Below, one piece after another: positions 1 through 8,923 of a stretch of DNA of 54,264 nt. The translations under genes were made by a program, and so were the position numbers. Each line of letters begins with the position of its first letter. Position 1 is the first letter of the stretch. Under the pieces are notes generated by a model, which worked only from the letters and a program-made list of their open reading frames with translations, ran no database searches and was not told the DNA's origin. The stretch lies in IMG/VR virus record IMGVR_UViG_3300025141_000126, positions 1 to 54,264 of that record, one strand, 5' to 3'. The DNA comes from a virus (Duplodnaviria > Caudoviricetes).

Positions 1-1
1 A

Positions 2-988
2 CAAGCGGAGAAGGACCAGTTCTATAAAGATCGAGCATCGCGTATTGCGAGAGGGCAGCAGTTAGCGGCAATGCGGACCCAAGCGATGTACGGTGATCCC
101 AGGACGCAGCGTGAACGCATGAAGCTGTTGTCTGAGGAGCGCCGAATCAAATACCTCGCTGACCAGAAGGCAGAGGAGGGTCGGGAGTCGAGAGAAGAGC
201 GACAAAAAGATCGCACGCTAGAGAAGGAGTTAAGCGACGGGAAGCTGCAATTAGGCCGGGATCAAATGTCACACCAGCAAAAACTAGACGTGGCTAAAAT
301 AACTAGAGACACTACGCTGGAACTTGCCGCCGCGAAGAGACATGAGGAAAATCTGGCTGCCCAGGGCGCGTCTGACGACATTCGCCAAGCCGCCGCTGAT
401 TCTACCCGCGAGTTCCAACAGCAACTACAGTTAATAGAAGCCCGAGGCAGTTTGCTAAAACCCACGATCGCTTTGTATTCGTCTGAAATGGATAAATACA
501 AGTCCGGTCACCGGTCCACCCCACCAACTTTTGGTGAAATACTAAGCCTAGTAAAAGGGGCGTCTTCAAGTGACGGGGCTACTCAGGCAAGCGGTCACGG
601 CGTCACTGAGGTTGGTAGCGGGTTCACACCAATGCCTGCCCTTCTTGCGCAGTTAGGGTCTCTGGGGCCAGAGGAGTTTGCTCGTCGCCGGTCAATTGAG
701 TATAGGAATCTCCCTGACGCCGACTCGAAGCGTAGGCACAAAAAACAGACCACTGAGTTACTCCGGCAGGAGATTGGCGCAACGGCACACGCGAACAAGC
801 CTTCGGGGCGTTCTGTCAAGGAGTACCTAGGGGAACTCGGCGCGGTCTCTGCGGCTACGGGTGGTTTTGGCGCTCTGCCGTTTGTGATTGCTGACCTCCT
901 TTCGCAGATGATGGGGCAAGGTGGGTTAGTGGATGACGTGAGTAGGCGTGGACTCGGACTCAAGAAGTCTCCCTTTGAGGGCTTGTAA
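2..988 (+). CDS. Putative internal virion/structural protein, 5'-truncated by the window edge
   Basis: Frame is open from base 2 (first ATG at 71); charged, Q/E/R-rich helical protein directly upstream of the giant virion-like ORF. Confidence 0.55.
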   Translation, partial: QAEKDQFYKDRASRIARGQQLAAMRTQAMYGDPRTQRERMKLLSEERRIKYLADQKAEEGRESREERQKDRTLEKELSDGKLQLGRDQMSHQQKLDVAKITRDTTLELAAAKRHEENLAAQGASDDIRQAAADSTREFQQQLQLIEARGSLLKPTIALYSSEMDKYKSGHRSTPPTFGEILSLVKGASSSDGATQASGHGVTEVGSGFTPMPALLAQLGSLGPEEFARRRSIEYRNLPDADSKRRHKKQTTELLRQEIGATAHANKPSGRSVKEYLGELGAVSAATGGFGALPFVIADLLSQMMGQGGLVDDVSRRGLGLKKSPFEGL

Positions 989-993
989 ACCAC

Positions 994-3900
994 ATGGCAT
1001 ATCTTGACGACATTCTCCGAGAGTACGGTGTAGCTTCTGCTCGCCCTGCAGCACGCGCAGCTACGCACATGCCAACTCCCGAGGAAGAGGAAACCTACGA
1101 GGGGCTTGGTAGCAGCGCTCTGTCTGCACTGCAGTACATAGGAGGCTCACTTGACAAGCCCGGTTCTGCGGTGCGGGGATTGCTCGCTGGGCGTCCTGAT
1201 CAACTCCTAAATCTTATCCCATTCTCCGACTTCATGGGACTCACTGAAACAAGGAATCGCACCTCTGGTCGCGACCTCCTGCGGCAGTACGGAGCGATCG
1301 GGGGAAAGGATAATTGGTACAATTTCGCAGGCGGTTTAGCGCTTGAGATTGCGACCGATCCGTTAACATTCCTTGGGCCTTTAACGTCGGCATCTAAGAC
1401 TGCGGCTGGTAAGGCTGCGGCAAGAGCGGGGCAGTTCCAGCATCTCTCAGCAGCGGAGCGTGTTGGTGGTAGTCTTAACAAGGTAATGGACAAGATGGCG
1501 AGGGAGGCGGCGGCGCTCGGAAACGACACGGCGCTCAATGCGTTCAAACAGAACATCTCTCACACGATGAAGAAGATGAACCTGGACGAGGCTGGGCAAG
1601 CTGCGTTCTTGGAACAACCTCTAGCCGGTATGCTCAATGTCGGTATCCCCGGCATGCCAAGCATGCAGCGACAACTCGGTGCCGGTGCTGCACAGGGTAG
1701 CCGTACAATGAGAGCGGCTGAGGGTGTCGATGCGTTAATGGACGGGCTGAAGAGAGGGAAGATTCCAGAGGCTGTTCCTCTTGTCGGTGGTATGTCTCCG
1801 GGCACGATAATGTCTGAGGCGTTCAGCCCAAGTGCGTTGGGTCGCAAGATGTCATCTTCGCAGGCAGCAGTGCGATCTGCTACACCGCTCATTGAAGAGA
1901 CGATGAACATGTGGAAGTCCACACAGCAGGACTTGTACGACACTCTTAGAAGGCACGGGATCAGCCCAGAAGAAGCAACTCCAATGCTTGAGCGTGCTGG
2001 CCCGATTGGTGATGTCACTAAGCTACGCGATCGCATTAAGGACATTGAAGGGAACCATGGGGCACAGGCTGAACTGTTCGCTGACCTTTGGGATCTAACT
2101 CCTGCGGCTAAGGCAGAGGTTGCCCCAGGCCTGGAGAAGGTGTTCAAGCTATACGACGACATGCACAAGATGCAGGTCAATGCTGGTCTAGAACCGACAT
2201 TCTTCCACGGTGAGTACGCAGCGTACAGTCCGTTGAGAAGTAAGATACTCGACGAGACTGAGAACGTAACGCGACACATCGGCCAGAAGGATGAACTGCA
2301 ACGCGCTGTGAATAAGTCCAGGTACAAAGACCTCGACATGCCCGGCGGTGCGGCTGGTGTTGAGAGAGCGTTGCACGACAAGGTATTGCGTGCGATCAAC
2401 GACCGCAACGCTGCGGCGGCACTCAGTGATATCGTCTCCGATGAGGTGATGGATAATTTCTTTAAGCACGCCCAGGCCTCTGGCGTTGACTACACTCCGA
2501 TAGAGTTCCTGGGTCGGTGGGTGGACGATGGTCAGAAGGGTCGCCACTATGAGATGGGGGTCACTGATGAGGCTGGGGTGTTCACTCAGATAGACCACAT
2601 GCCAGCCCCGAACCTCTCTGAGGCACAACTCAAGGCCGCGAAGAAGCAGATTAAAGACGGCGTTGAACTATCTAGGGACACACTGCCTAAGCATCGCAAG
2701 TCAATTGATGCAGTTGATGAGGCTATCAATTACGCGAACGACAAGTACTTATATGAGACACCCGCCGCCGGGGCAGCTGCACGGGCGATGAAGGGTGGAT
2801 TCCTTGAGGAGGCGAAGAAGCTACTCGGCCCATCGGTAGAGGACATTAATAAAGCTGGTGTTGACCTAGCGGACCATGTACATCGCTCTAGTGGGATTGA
2901 TGACCTCCCGACCCCAGCCCAAGTCAAGGAGTCGTTCAATCAGCAGAACCCCGACTTCATTAACCAAAAGACAGACAAAGCAGCAGCTAAGGCTGCACGC
3001 AAAGCGGCACCGAACAAAGAGGCTGGCAAGGAGGCGGCTAGGCAGGTGATGGAAGCAGGTAAGGCTTCACGGGCAGAGCGGAAGGCTGCGATGGATGCAG
3101 CAAGAGATGCGATCAATGAGGCGAAGGCTTCAGCGAAGGTGGTGAAGGATGCGATGGGGCAGCAGGCGAAGAACTCGAAACTCTTATCACAAGTGGAGGG
3201 GTACACCGCAGAGAAGGCAATGGCGGCACTGCGGAAGGCGATGAAAGAAGGCAACTTGTCCCCTTCCACTACATGGGAAGTTGCGAGGGCAGCTAAAGAT
3301 AGACTGAAGGAGTTCGACTCTTGGATAGACAACCCCCGTGGAGATTGGTTAGAGGGGCATATAGAAAGAGCGGTCAAAGCGAAGGCTGAAGATGGAAGCA
3401 TTATCGGATCAACAACTGCAGGGGTCAAGGATGTACCGATGTCTGTTGACGACCTTTTGGGGGTTAAAGGGTTAAACGCAGAGCACACTAGGATGGGCAG
3501 TCCCCTCTCCCAAAAGAAAATCCAAGATCTAGCTGACAGTATCGCAAAGGATGGACTTGAAAATCCTCCGTTGGTTGTTGTTGATGTTGATGGTATCCCC
3601 TGGGTAAGCGAGGGTAATCATCGCATTCGAGCGGCGAAGGCTGCTGGACTAACTGAAATTCCAGTGGAGGTTCGGTGGCACGCTGGAGCAGAAGAGAGTG
3701 TTCAGGGTTGGTCTCTTAACGATATTGCACAGAAGGTGTCTCCCGGCGGCGGGGAACTACCCCCATCTTTAGCGAAGTTCGGTGGTAGCCTCGATGAGAT
3801 TGATGGGGCGATCAGAGCTGCTGATGCAAAGCTAGACCACGCAAAGGGCATCGCTGAGTTCAACGGTTCGGCACCGGCTAAGTTCGCAGATGAAGGGGCA

Positions 3901-5712
3901 CCGTTTTGGAACAACGAATATCGCACCGTCGCGAACGCTAAGATTGCACATGCGGCATACACGACCCGCAACGCTCGGGCTGCGACTATGGCGTTTGCTG
4001 AAGACGCTGCTGATGCCGCAGATCAACTGCCAGGACACGTCTCCCTCCCCGAGGCAATGCGGGAAGCGGGGATCACTGGCATGAACGCGAACCGGCGCAT
4101 TGCCGAGGATCTACTTTCTGCAAACAAGATTAGCCCCGAAGTCTTTGAAAACATCGCCAATGGCATAGCTGAAGATGGTGTTAATGTCCTCGACCAATTC
4201 ACCGTTCCGCATGGTACGATGAAGGATTTCGAGTTCCTGAAGAAGACAGCCGAGACTCCTGGTGCGTTGTTCCCAATCATCAACGCGATCGATGTCGCCA
4301 CGAATGTAACCAAGGCACACTTCACAATCACACGCCCATCGTTCCATGGTCGCAACGCACTCACCCTGATATGGCAGGACTTCCTCTCTGGTGGTCACAA
4401 GAATGTCACGGGGATGTACCGCGCTGTAAAGAATAAGATCACGCTGTTCACTAAGGACGGTGTGATCGAGGGGTCTAGTGACTGGGCTGTGTTCCACGGA
4501 ATGGACCTGACAGACGAGGCTGCGACTAATGTCCTTCGCAACCGACATGTGCTCCATGAAGTATCCGCACCTCACTCAGGTCAGATAACAGAGAAGGTCG
4601 GGCAAGCGTCTCATCGACCACCACCTCTATTCCAAGAGCAAGTGCCTGGGACCAAGCGGCAATCGACACTCAAGGGCGTGTTCAAGAAGATGAAGCCTGA
4701 TATACCGGTCGGCGTAAGCGGTTCGGCAAAGGCGAAGTCATACGCCCATCAGATCACCAACCCCACGGCACTACGAGGTGGAGCTACAGAAGCGGAGCAG
4801 TGGATTCCGATCAAGGTCGGTGAGGCTGCGGCAGACTTTGGTGAGACCACCGGTCGTTCCATGACGTGGCTGCGGAAGCTAGAGGAAGGGCAAAGCTGGG
4901 CTCAGGCATCGATCGAAACCAATGCCGCACATGTGGACTATAAGGCCCTCACACGGGTGGAGCGGGACTACCTCAAAAGAGTGATGCCTTGGTACACTTT
5001 CAACCGTAGGATGATTCCCTGGCAGCTCGGTGAGATCGCCCAGAATCCAGGCGGGATCGTCGCCCAGACCATCCGCGCCGCCGGTACACCAGAAGGGTTT
5101 GTACCTGAGCAGGCGGTTGGCGGTATCCCAGTGGGTGAGGAGAAGGACGGGATGCAGAAGTACGTCACCCTCGACCTGCCCCACGAGACGATCAACTCGC
5201 TGTTCAAGATCGAACCGACGATGCTTGGTACTGTGCAGCAGACAATGATGGGGCACATGGCACAGGGTCATCCACTCCTGAAGGGTCCAGCTGAAGTCGC
5301 GTTCGGTAAGAGTACCCACCGAGGGGGGCAGGAACTATCCAGCATGAGGGGTCCACTCACCCCATTGAATCCAAGCAATGAGGACTGGCGTCCAGGTGGC
5401 ACCGTCGTGAGTTCTATCATTGGCAATAGCCCTGTGATGCCCTACCTAACCCAACTGAAGAGCATCCGCGACGACCGCAAGTCAGTGCTGGAAAGGGGCA
5501 TAAACCTCCTCACAGGTATCTCCTCGCACGATGTGGACGTTGCTGCGTCTGAGGCTAGAGCGAAGGGCAAGCACGCCAGAGAGAAACTAAAGGAACAAGG
5601 GTGGCGTGAATTCAGCCGGTTGTATAACAACAGCGAGGTTCCGCTCACTGAGGAGCAGAAGTTGCTGGTCGCCGCAGAGAAGATGGTTGGCAAGCGACGG
5701 GCAAGCCTCTAA
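994..5712 (+). CDS. Large (1572 aa) putative internal virion/DNA-ejection protein with embedded ParB/Srx-like domain
   Basis: Ala/Gly-rich N-terminus (ALEIATDPLTF); ParB-like motif LADSIAKDGLENPPLV...SEGNHRIRAAKAAGLTEIPV near 3500-3680; C-terminal RVMPWYTFNRR-type region typical of podovirus-like internal proteins; last gene of the structural module. Confidence 0.7.
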   Translation: MAYLDDILREYGVASARPAARAATHMPTPEEEETYEGLGSSALSALQYIGGSLDKPGSAVRGLLAGRPDQLLNLIPFSDFMGLTETRNRTSGRDLLRQYGAIGGKDNWYNFAGGLALEIATDPLTFLGPLTSASKTAAGKAAARAGQFQHLSAAERVGGSLNKVMDKMAREAAALGNDTALNAFKQNISHTMKKMNLDEAGQAAFLEQPLAGMLNVGIPGMPSMQRQLGAGAAQGSRTMRAAEGVDALMDGLKRGKIPEAVPLVGGMSPGTIMSEAFSPSALGRKMSSSQAAVRSATPLIEETMNMWKSTQQDLYDTLRRHGISPEEATPMLERAGPIGDVTKLRDRIKDIEGNHGAQAELFADLWDLTPAAKAEVAPGLEKVFKLYDDMHKMQVNAGLEPTFFHGEYAAYSPLRSKILDETENVTRHIGQKDELQRAVNKSRYKDLDMPGGAAGVERALHDKVLRAINDRNAAAALSDIVSDEVMDNFFKHAQASGVDYTPIEFLGRWVDDGQKGRHYEMGVTDEAGVFTQIDHMPAPNLSEAQLKAAKKQIKDGVELSRDTLPKHRKSIDAVDEAINYANDKYLYETPAAGAAARAMKGGFLEEAKKLLGPSVEDINKAGVDLADHVHRSSGIDDLPTPAQVKESFNQQNPDFINQKTDKAAAKAARKAAPNKEAGKEAARQVMEAGKASRAERKAAMDAARDAINEAKASAKVVKDAMGQQAKNSKLLSQVEGYTAEKAMAALRKAMKEGNLSPSTTWEVARAAKDRLKEFDSWIDNPRGDWLEGHIERAVKAKAEDGSIIGSTTAGVKDVPMSVDDLLGVKGLNAEHTRMGSPLSQKKIQDLADSIAKDGLENPPLVVVDVDGIPWVSEGNHRIRAAKAAGLTEIPVEVRWHAGAEESVQGWSLNDIAQKVSPGGGELPPSLAKFGGSLDEIDGAIRAADAKLDHAKGIAEFNGSAPAKFADEGAPFWNNEYRTVANAKIAHAAYTTRNARAATMAFAEDAADAADQLPGHVSLPEAMREAGITGMNANRRIAEDLLSANKISPEVFENIANGIAEDGVNVLDQFTVPHGTMKDFEFLKKTAETPGALFPIINAIDVATNVTKAHFTITRPSFHGRNALTLIWQDFLSGGHKNVTGMYRAVKNKITLFTKDGVIEGSSDWAVFHGMDLTDEAATNVLRNRHVLHEVSAPHSGQITEKVGQASHRPPPLFQEQVPGTKRQSTLKGVFKKMKPDIPVGVSGSAKAKSYAHQITNPTALRGGATEAEQWIPIKVGEAAADFGETTGRSMTWLRKLEEGQSWAQASIETNAAHVDYKALTRVERDYLKRVMPWYTFNRRMIPWQLGEIAQNPGGIVAQTIRAAGTPEGFVPEQAVGGIPVGEEKDGMQKYVTLDLPHETINSLFKIEPTMLGTVQQTMMGHMAQGHPLLKGPAEVAFGKSTHRGGQELSSMRGPLTPLNPSNEDWRPGGTVVSSIIGNSPVMPYLTQLKSIRDDRKSVLERGINLLTGISSHDVDVAASEARAKGKHAREKLKEQGWREFSRLYNNSEVPLTEEQKLLVAAEKMVGKRRASL

Positions 5713-5720
5713 GAATTCTC

Positions 5721-5749
5721 TTGACCTCTCACGGCGAACGTGGTAGGAT
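5721..5749 (+). promoter_or_regulatory. Sigma70-type promoter
   Basis: TTGACC-17-TAGGAT with extended -10 TG, just after the virion gene. Confidence 0.6.
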
Positions 5750-5829
5750 AGGAATTCATCACGAAAATGGGTCAGCGACGTGACAAGCGTCCTGACCCGT
5801 GACCAACCCAGGATCGGACTGAGTCAGTA

Positions 5830-6045
5830 ATGAATAATGTAGTCAAAACGACGACGCATGTCAACGCATTCCCTCGCAGTTTCTTCACATACGGGTGTTT
5901 CGCTGTGCATCACGACACGATGGCATGGCATCTCGACAACATCCTAAGTCGCCCCCAGCGTCAAGTGATGGCGAATATGCACCAAGCCAACCCTCTAGCG
6001 GCGGTCTCCGCAGCAGTCTACAGGGGGGTGTATCATGTCCAATAA
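5830..6045 (+). CDS. Small hypothetical protein, possibly first of array A
   Basis: 71 aa ORF downstream of the promoter, overlapping the next start. Confidence 0.45.
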   Translation: MNNVVKTTTHVNAFPRSFFTYGCFAVHHDTMAWHLDNILSRPQRQVMANMHQANPLAAVSAAVYRGVYHVQ

Positions 6046-6241
6046 CAAGTTACCAGACGACACTCATGAGAAGGTCTCTGCAATCATGTGGGATGCGTTC
6101 GACGCAGTCACAAACACATGCCCTGTCTATGCTATTATGCCTACGGAGTGGACTGCAGTGGATCAAGCGACCGAGCGAGAGGGGACAGTTGAACAGGCAC
6201 TAGAGGATGCATTTGACTTTGGAGGAGTGTTTGATGGATGA
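6035..6241 (+). CDS. MDDT-family small protein (array A)
   Basis: MSNNKLPDDTH...; G-rich RBS; ends DG* overlapping the next ATG. Confidence 0.65.
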   Translation: MSNNKLPDDTHEKVSAIMWDAFDAVTNTCPVYAIMPTEWTAVDQATEREGTVEQALEDAFDFGGVFDG

Positions 6242-6410
6242 TACATACGGACTAATCGAGACTTGTACTCTTGCCGTGTACGACCAGTGCAGGAAACTGT
6301 GCCCACTAGATGATATGGTGGACCGCTACTGGAGGCGATGGGAGAGAGCGATCGACTGGAATACTAGCGAGTATACTGGTGAAGAAGCTACGAGGTTAGG
6401 CGATGGATGA
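6234..6410 (+). CDS. MDDT-family small protein (array A)
   Basis: GGAGGAG RBS; MDDTYGLIETC; ATGGATGA overlap. Confidence 0.7.
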   Translation: MDDTYGLIETCTLAVYDQCRKLCPLDDMVDRYWRRWERAIDWNTSEYTGEEATRLGDG

Positions 6411-6591
6411 TACATACAAGCGGATAGAGCAGATCTACAGCAAGGCTCGTGGTGAGTGTGCGATCGGATGTCCGGCCCACTACAAGTTCATGTTCCTTGA
6501 CTCACGCGAGGACAGCGAGATGTGGAATCTTAGGATGGCACTGTCTTCTGGCGTTGGCAATGAAGCCTGGAGGTTACGCAGCGATGGATGA
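6403..6591 (+). CDS. MDDT-family small protein (array A)
   Basis: MDDTYKRIEQI; ATGGATGA overlaps at both ends. Confidence 0.7.
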   Translation: MDDTYKRIEQIYSKARGECAIGCPAHYKFMFLDSREDSEMWNLRMALSSGVGNEAWRLRSDG

Positions 6592-6772
6592 TACAGCACA
6601 GAGGATACGCAACGAGACGCAGAAGGTGTTCGTGCAATGCAGCGAGGAGTGTGGCCCAACGACATGGGGATTTGGACTTGATGGGGTGGGCCAGACCAGC
6701 GTGGAGTGGGCACCGCAGGGATTGATAAGTTGGCAGGTGTATCAGTTGACATCGCCTACCCCGGAACAGTAG
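6584..6772 (+). CDS. MDDT-family small protein (array A)
   Basis: MDDTAQRIRNE; ATGGATGA overlap. Confidence 0.7.
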   Translation: MDDTAQRIRNETQKVFVQCSEECGPTTWGFGLDGVGQTSVEWAPQGLISWQVYQLTSPTPEQ

Positions 6773-7166
6773 AACAAGAAGAATGTGTTATGTGTAAGTT
6801 ACTCCCCCTTGATTCAACCAATGTAGATCGGAGCGAGATGGTACAACCTACCGTAAGCAGTCGTGTCGTTGGTCCATGTACATGGTGCGGGGTGCGGCGG
6901 CTGAACCCGATATCGTTCAGCGGAGTGGTCGGGGGTGCGATACTCACAGCACCCAGACTGCGTGAAAGACTTCGACTAATTCCAGGCAATGCCGTTAGAT
7001 ATTGTACCCTGGTGGCCCGACAGATACACTTAATTGTGTGGGGTCTACGTGGTTGCTCCATAATTGCTCAATACACACAACAAGCCTAGAAGCACAAAAG
7101 TGGACGCCGGATCTACCCTATATCTATAGGGCCGGTAAAGGGGTGAGGTCTAAATCAAAGGAGAGA

Positions 7167-7391
7167 ATGATGCATATGGATACGGAAATTAGGAAGATGG
7201 TCGGCAAGGATGGATGGTGGCACCTACAGAACCTCATCAAGAGCGAGTTCGGCAGACAGGTTGAGCACCACGTCTGGTGGGAGGTCATGAGTCCTGTCGG
7301 TCAGCAGCTACCAGAGAACGAATGGGCAATCGGGCACGTCGGTCGAAGCGTACTGTTTGATGTGATATCACTAGGAGATAACGATGAATGA
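7167..7391 (+). CDS. MDDT-related small protein (array B)
   Basis: AAGGAG RBS; (MMH)MDTEIRKMVGKDGWW. Confidence 0.65.
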   Translation: MMHMDTEIRKMVGKDGWWHLQNLIKSEFGRQVEHHVWWEVMSPVGQQLPENEWAIGHVGRSVLFDVISLGDNDE

Positions 7392-7587
7392 GATGGAGAT
7401 GTTCGCCAGCGATGTCCACCTCTGGGCACTGCTGGGGTTGATACGAGACCACGCCCCAGCGGCTGTAGAGGAAGCTGTATGGAGCGAGTTAAAGCGTGGG
7501 GTCCAGGTCGAGACTATCACGCACCAGATAGCAGTTAGGTCTGGGGTTGAATTGTACGCACTAACGCGAGGAGATAACGATGGATGA
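7384..7587 (+). CDS. MDDT-related small protein (array B)
   Basis: AGGAGATAACG-ATG junction; MNEMEMFASDVHLW. Confidence 0.65.
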   Translation: MNEMEMFASDVHLWALLGLIRDHAPAAVEEAVWSELKRGVQVETITHQIAVRSGVELYALTRGDNDG

Positions 7588-7768
7588 AGCAATCGCCCGG
7601 CTAGTGGGCAAAGACTACCTGTGGGGTATAGATGCTGAACTTGGACAGATGAGTTCAGCGTTGAGCAGGCAGGTCTGGTACGGCGTGAAGTCACCGTCGT
7701 CCCACGAGATGACAATAGAAATACCAGTAGAAAACGGGGTACGGGATCATGTCCGACGAATGGATTAA
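7580..7768 (+). CDS. MDDT-related small protein (array B)
   Basis: AGGAGATAACG-ATG junction; MDEAIARLVGKDYLW. Confidence 0.65.
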   Translation: MDEAIARLVGKDYLWGIDAELGQMSSALSRQVWYGVKSPSSHEMTIEIPVENGVRDHVRRMD

Positions 7769-7946
7769 GCGACTCGGCAGCGATAGCCACTTGTGGAACT
7801 TAGAGCGGGAGATCTCCAAGCATTGCGCAGAGGCTGACTACATTGTCTGGCGCAGCGTAAAAGGCAGTGTCGATCAAAAGCTAGGGAGGCTAGAGAACGT
7901 CGTTCATATCGGGGTCTTTCAACAACAACATTCCATTGGTCCTTGA
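7749..7946 (+). CDS. MDDT-related small protein (array B)
   Basis: MSDEWIKRLGSDSHLW; aligns by eye with the other array B members. Confidence 0.6.
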   Translation: MSDEWIKRLGSDSHLWNLEREISKHCAEADYIVWRSVKGSVDQKLGRLENVVHIGVFQQQHSIGP

Positions 7947-7971
7947 CTTCTAGCCACCCCGCCCCTACGAT
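7943..7971 (+). promoter_or_regulatory. Sigma70-type promoter upstream of the ERF-like gene
   Basis: TTGACT-17-TACGAT. Confidence 0.55.
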
Positions 7972-8004
7972 ACACACATACACCACATTTCTAGGAGAAC
8001 TACC

Positions 8005-8730
8005 ATGTCAGACTCAGGAACCTACGACGCTGGACCTACCTTCTACAAGGCACTACTCGCCGCATGTAAGGAAGTCACCGCACTCGGTCACGACAGCACC
8101 AGCAACAGGTACAAGTACACATCCGCTGAGGCGATCATCGCGTACTCTCGCGACCTGCTCAACAAGCAAGGCATTATTGTCGAACGGCATGAGTATTCAT
8201 TAGGCGAACCCATTAGCGAGAAGGACACTTTCGGCAACGCCTCGATCACGCGCAGTGTCACGGTCATGTTCCGCGTCGTGCATGAAAAAGGGGAGCGCCA
8301 ATACTACACGGGTGTGTTCCCAGCGTGTCTAACGAAGGCCATGCCGTGGGACAAAGCGGTCGCTGCCGCACTCACCACCAGCCTCGCCTACTTCCTGAGA
8401 GATCTCCTACAGATCCCACGCACCGGAGCCGGGGAAACGATGGACGAGCGCAACGACCACCCCGACGAGACACCTGCACCGAAGGGAGCAAAGCATCCGA
8501 AGAGGACAAAGAAGTCTCCCGCTGAGGTGGCCGACGACAAGGCACAGGTCAACGCAGCGAAGGGGCTATGCCTGGAAATGTCAGGGGCAAAGACCCTCAA
8601 GGCACTGGAAGTCCTCCGTGATAAGTTCCATGATGGGAAGATGAACTTCACCCAAGCCCTGACAGGCAAGGTGCGAACGGCGTACCGGAAGCGATTCCGC
8701 GAACTCGGTGGCGTGGTCGATGCGAAGTGA
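8005..8730 (+). CDS. ERF-family single-strand annealing recombinase
   Basis: YKYTSAEAII...LNKQGI and AAALTTSLAYFLRDLLQIP resemble the ERF motifs; AGGAG RBS. Confidence 0.65.
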   Translation: MSDSGTYDAGPTFYKALLAACKEVTALGHDSTSNRYKYTSAEAIIAYSRDLLNKQGIIVERHEYSLGEPISEKDTFGNASITRSVTVMFRVVHEKGERQYYTGVFPACLTKAMPWDKAVAAALTTSLAYFLRDLLQIPRTGAGETMDERNDHPDETPAPKGAKHPKRTKKSPAEVADDKAQVNAAKGLCLEMSGAKTLKALEVLRDKFHDGKMNFTQALTGKVRTAYRKRFRELGGVVDAK

Positions 8731-8923
8731 TGACACTCACACCACCATAGACGTGGTGACCAACCCCAAACCCGGCGGGTATTGTGCAGCTGTAAGCTAT
8801 GTGGTTATCCAAGGCACGGCTTGCGGCGACCTTCTCCACGCCGCTGTCATAGATGGAGTGGAGCATGGAACAGGATCTATTCGAGTTCGCGATACCCCCA
8901 GTACCAGAGGTGAGGTTACCTAA
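8720..8923 (+). CDS. MDDT-family small protein
   Basis: MRSDDTHTTIDVV; overlaps the ERF stop and the helicase 5' end. Confidence 0.45.
   Translation: MRSDDTHTTIDVVTNPKPGGYCAAVSYVVIQGTACGDLLHAAVIDGVEHGTGSIRVRDTPSTRGEVT

Noticed and set aside
1200-5693. Long minus-strand ORFs opposite the giant virion gene (and similar ones opposite other core genes)
   Set aside because: Antisense shadows of real coding frames, with no motifs or RBS
6706-7089. ORF between arrays A and B
   Set aside because: A possible GGAG-ATG start exists at 6838, but there is no motif or family pattern; not enough support to call
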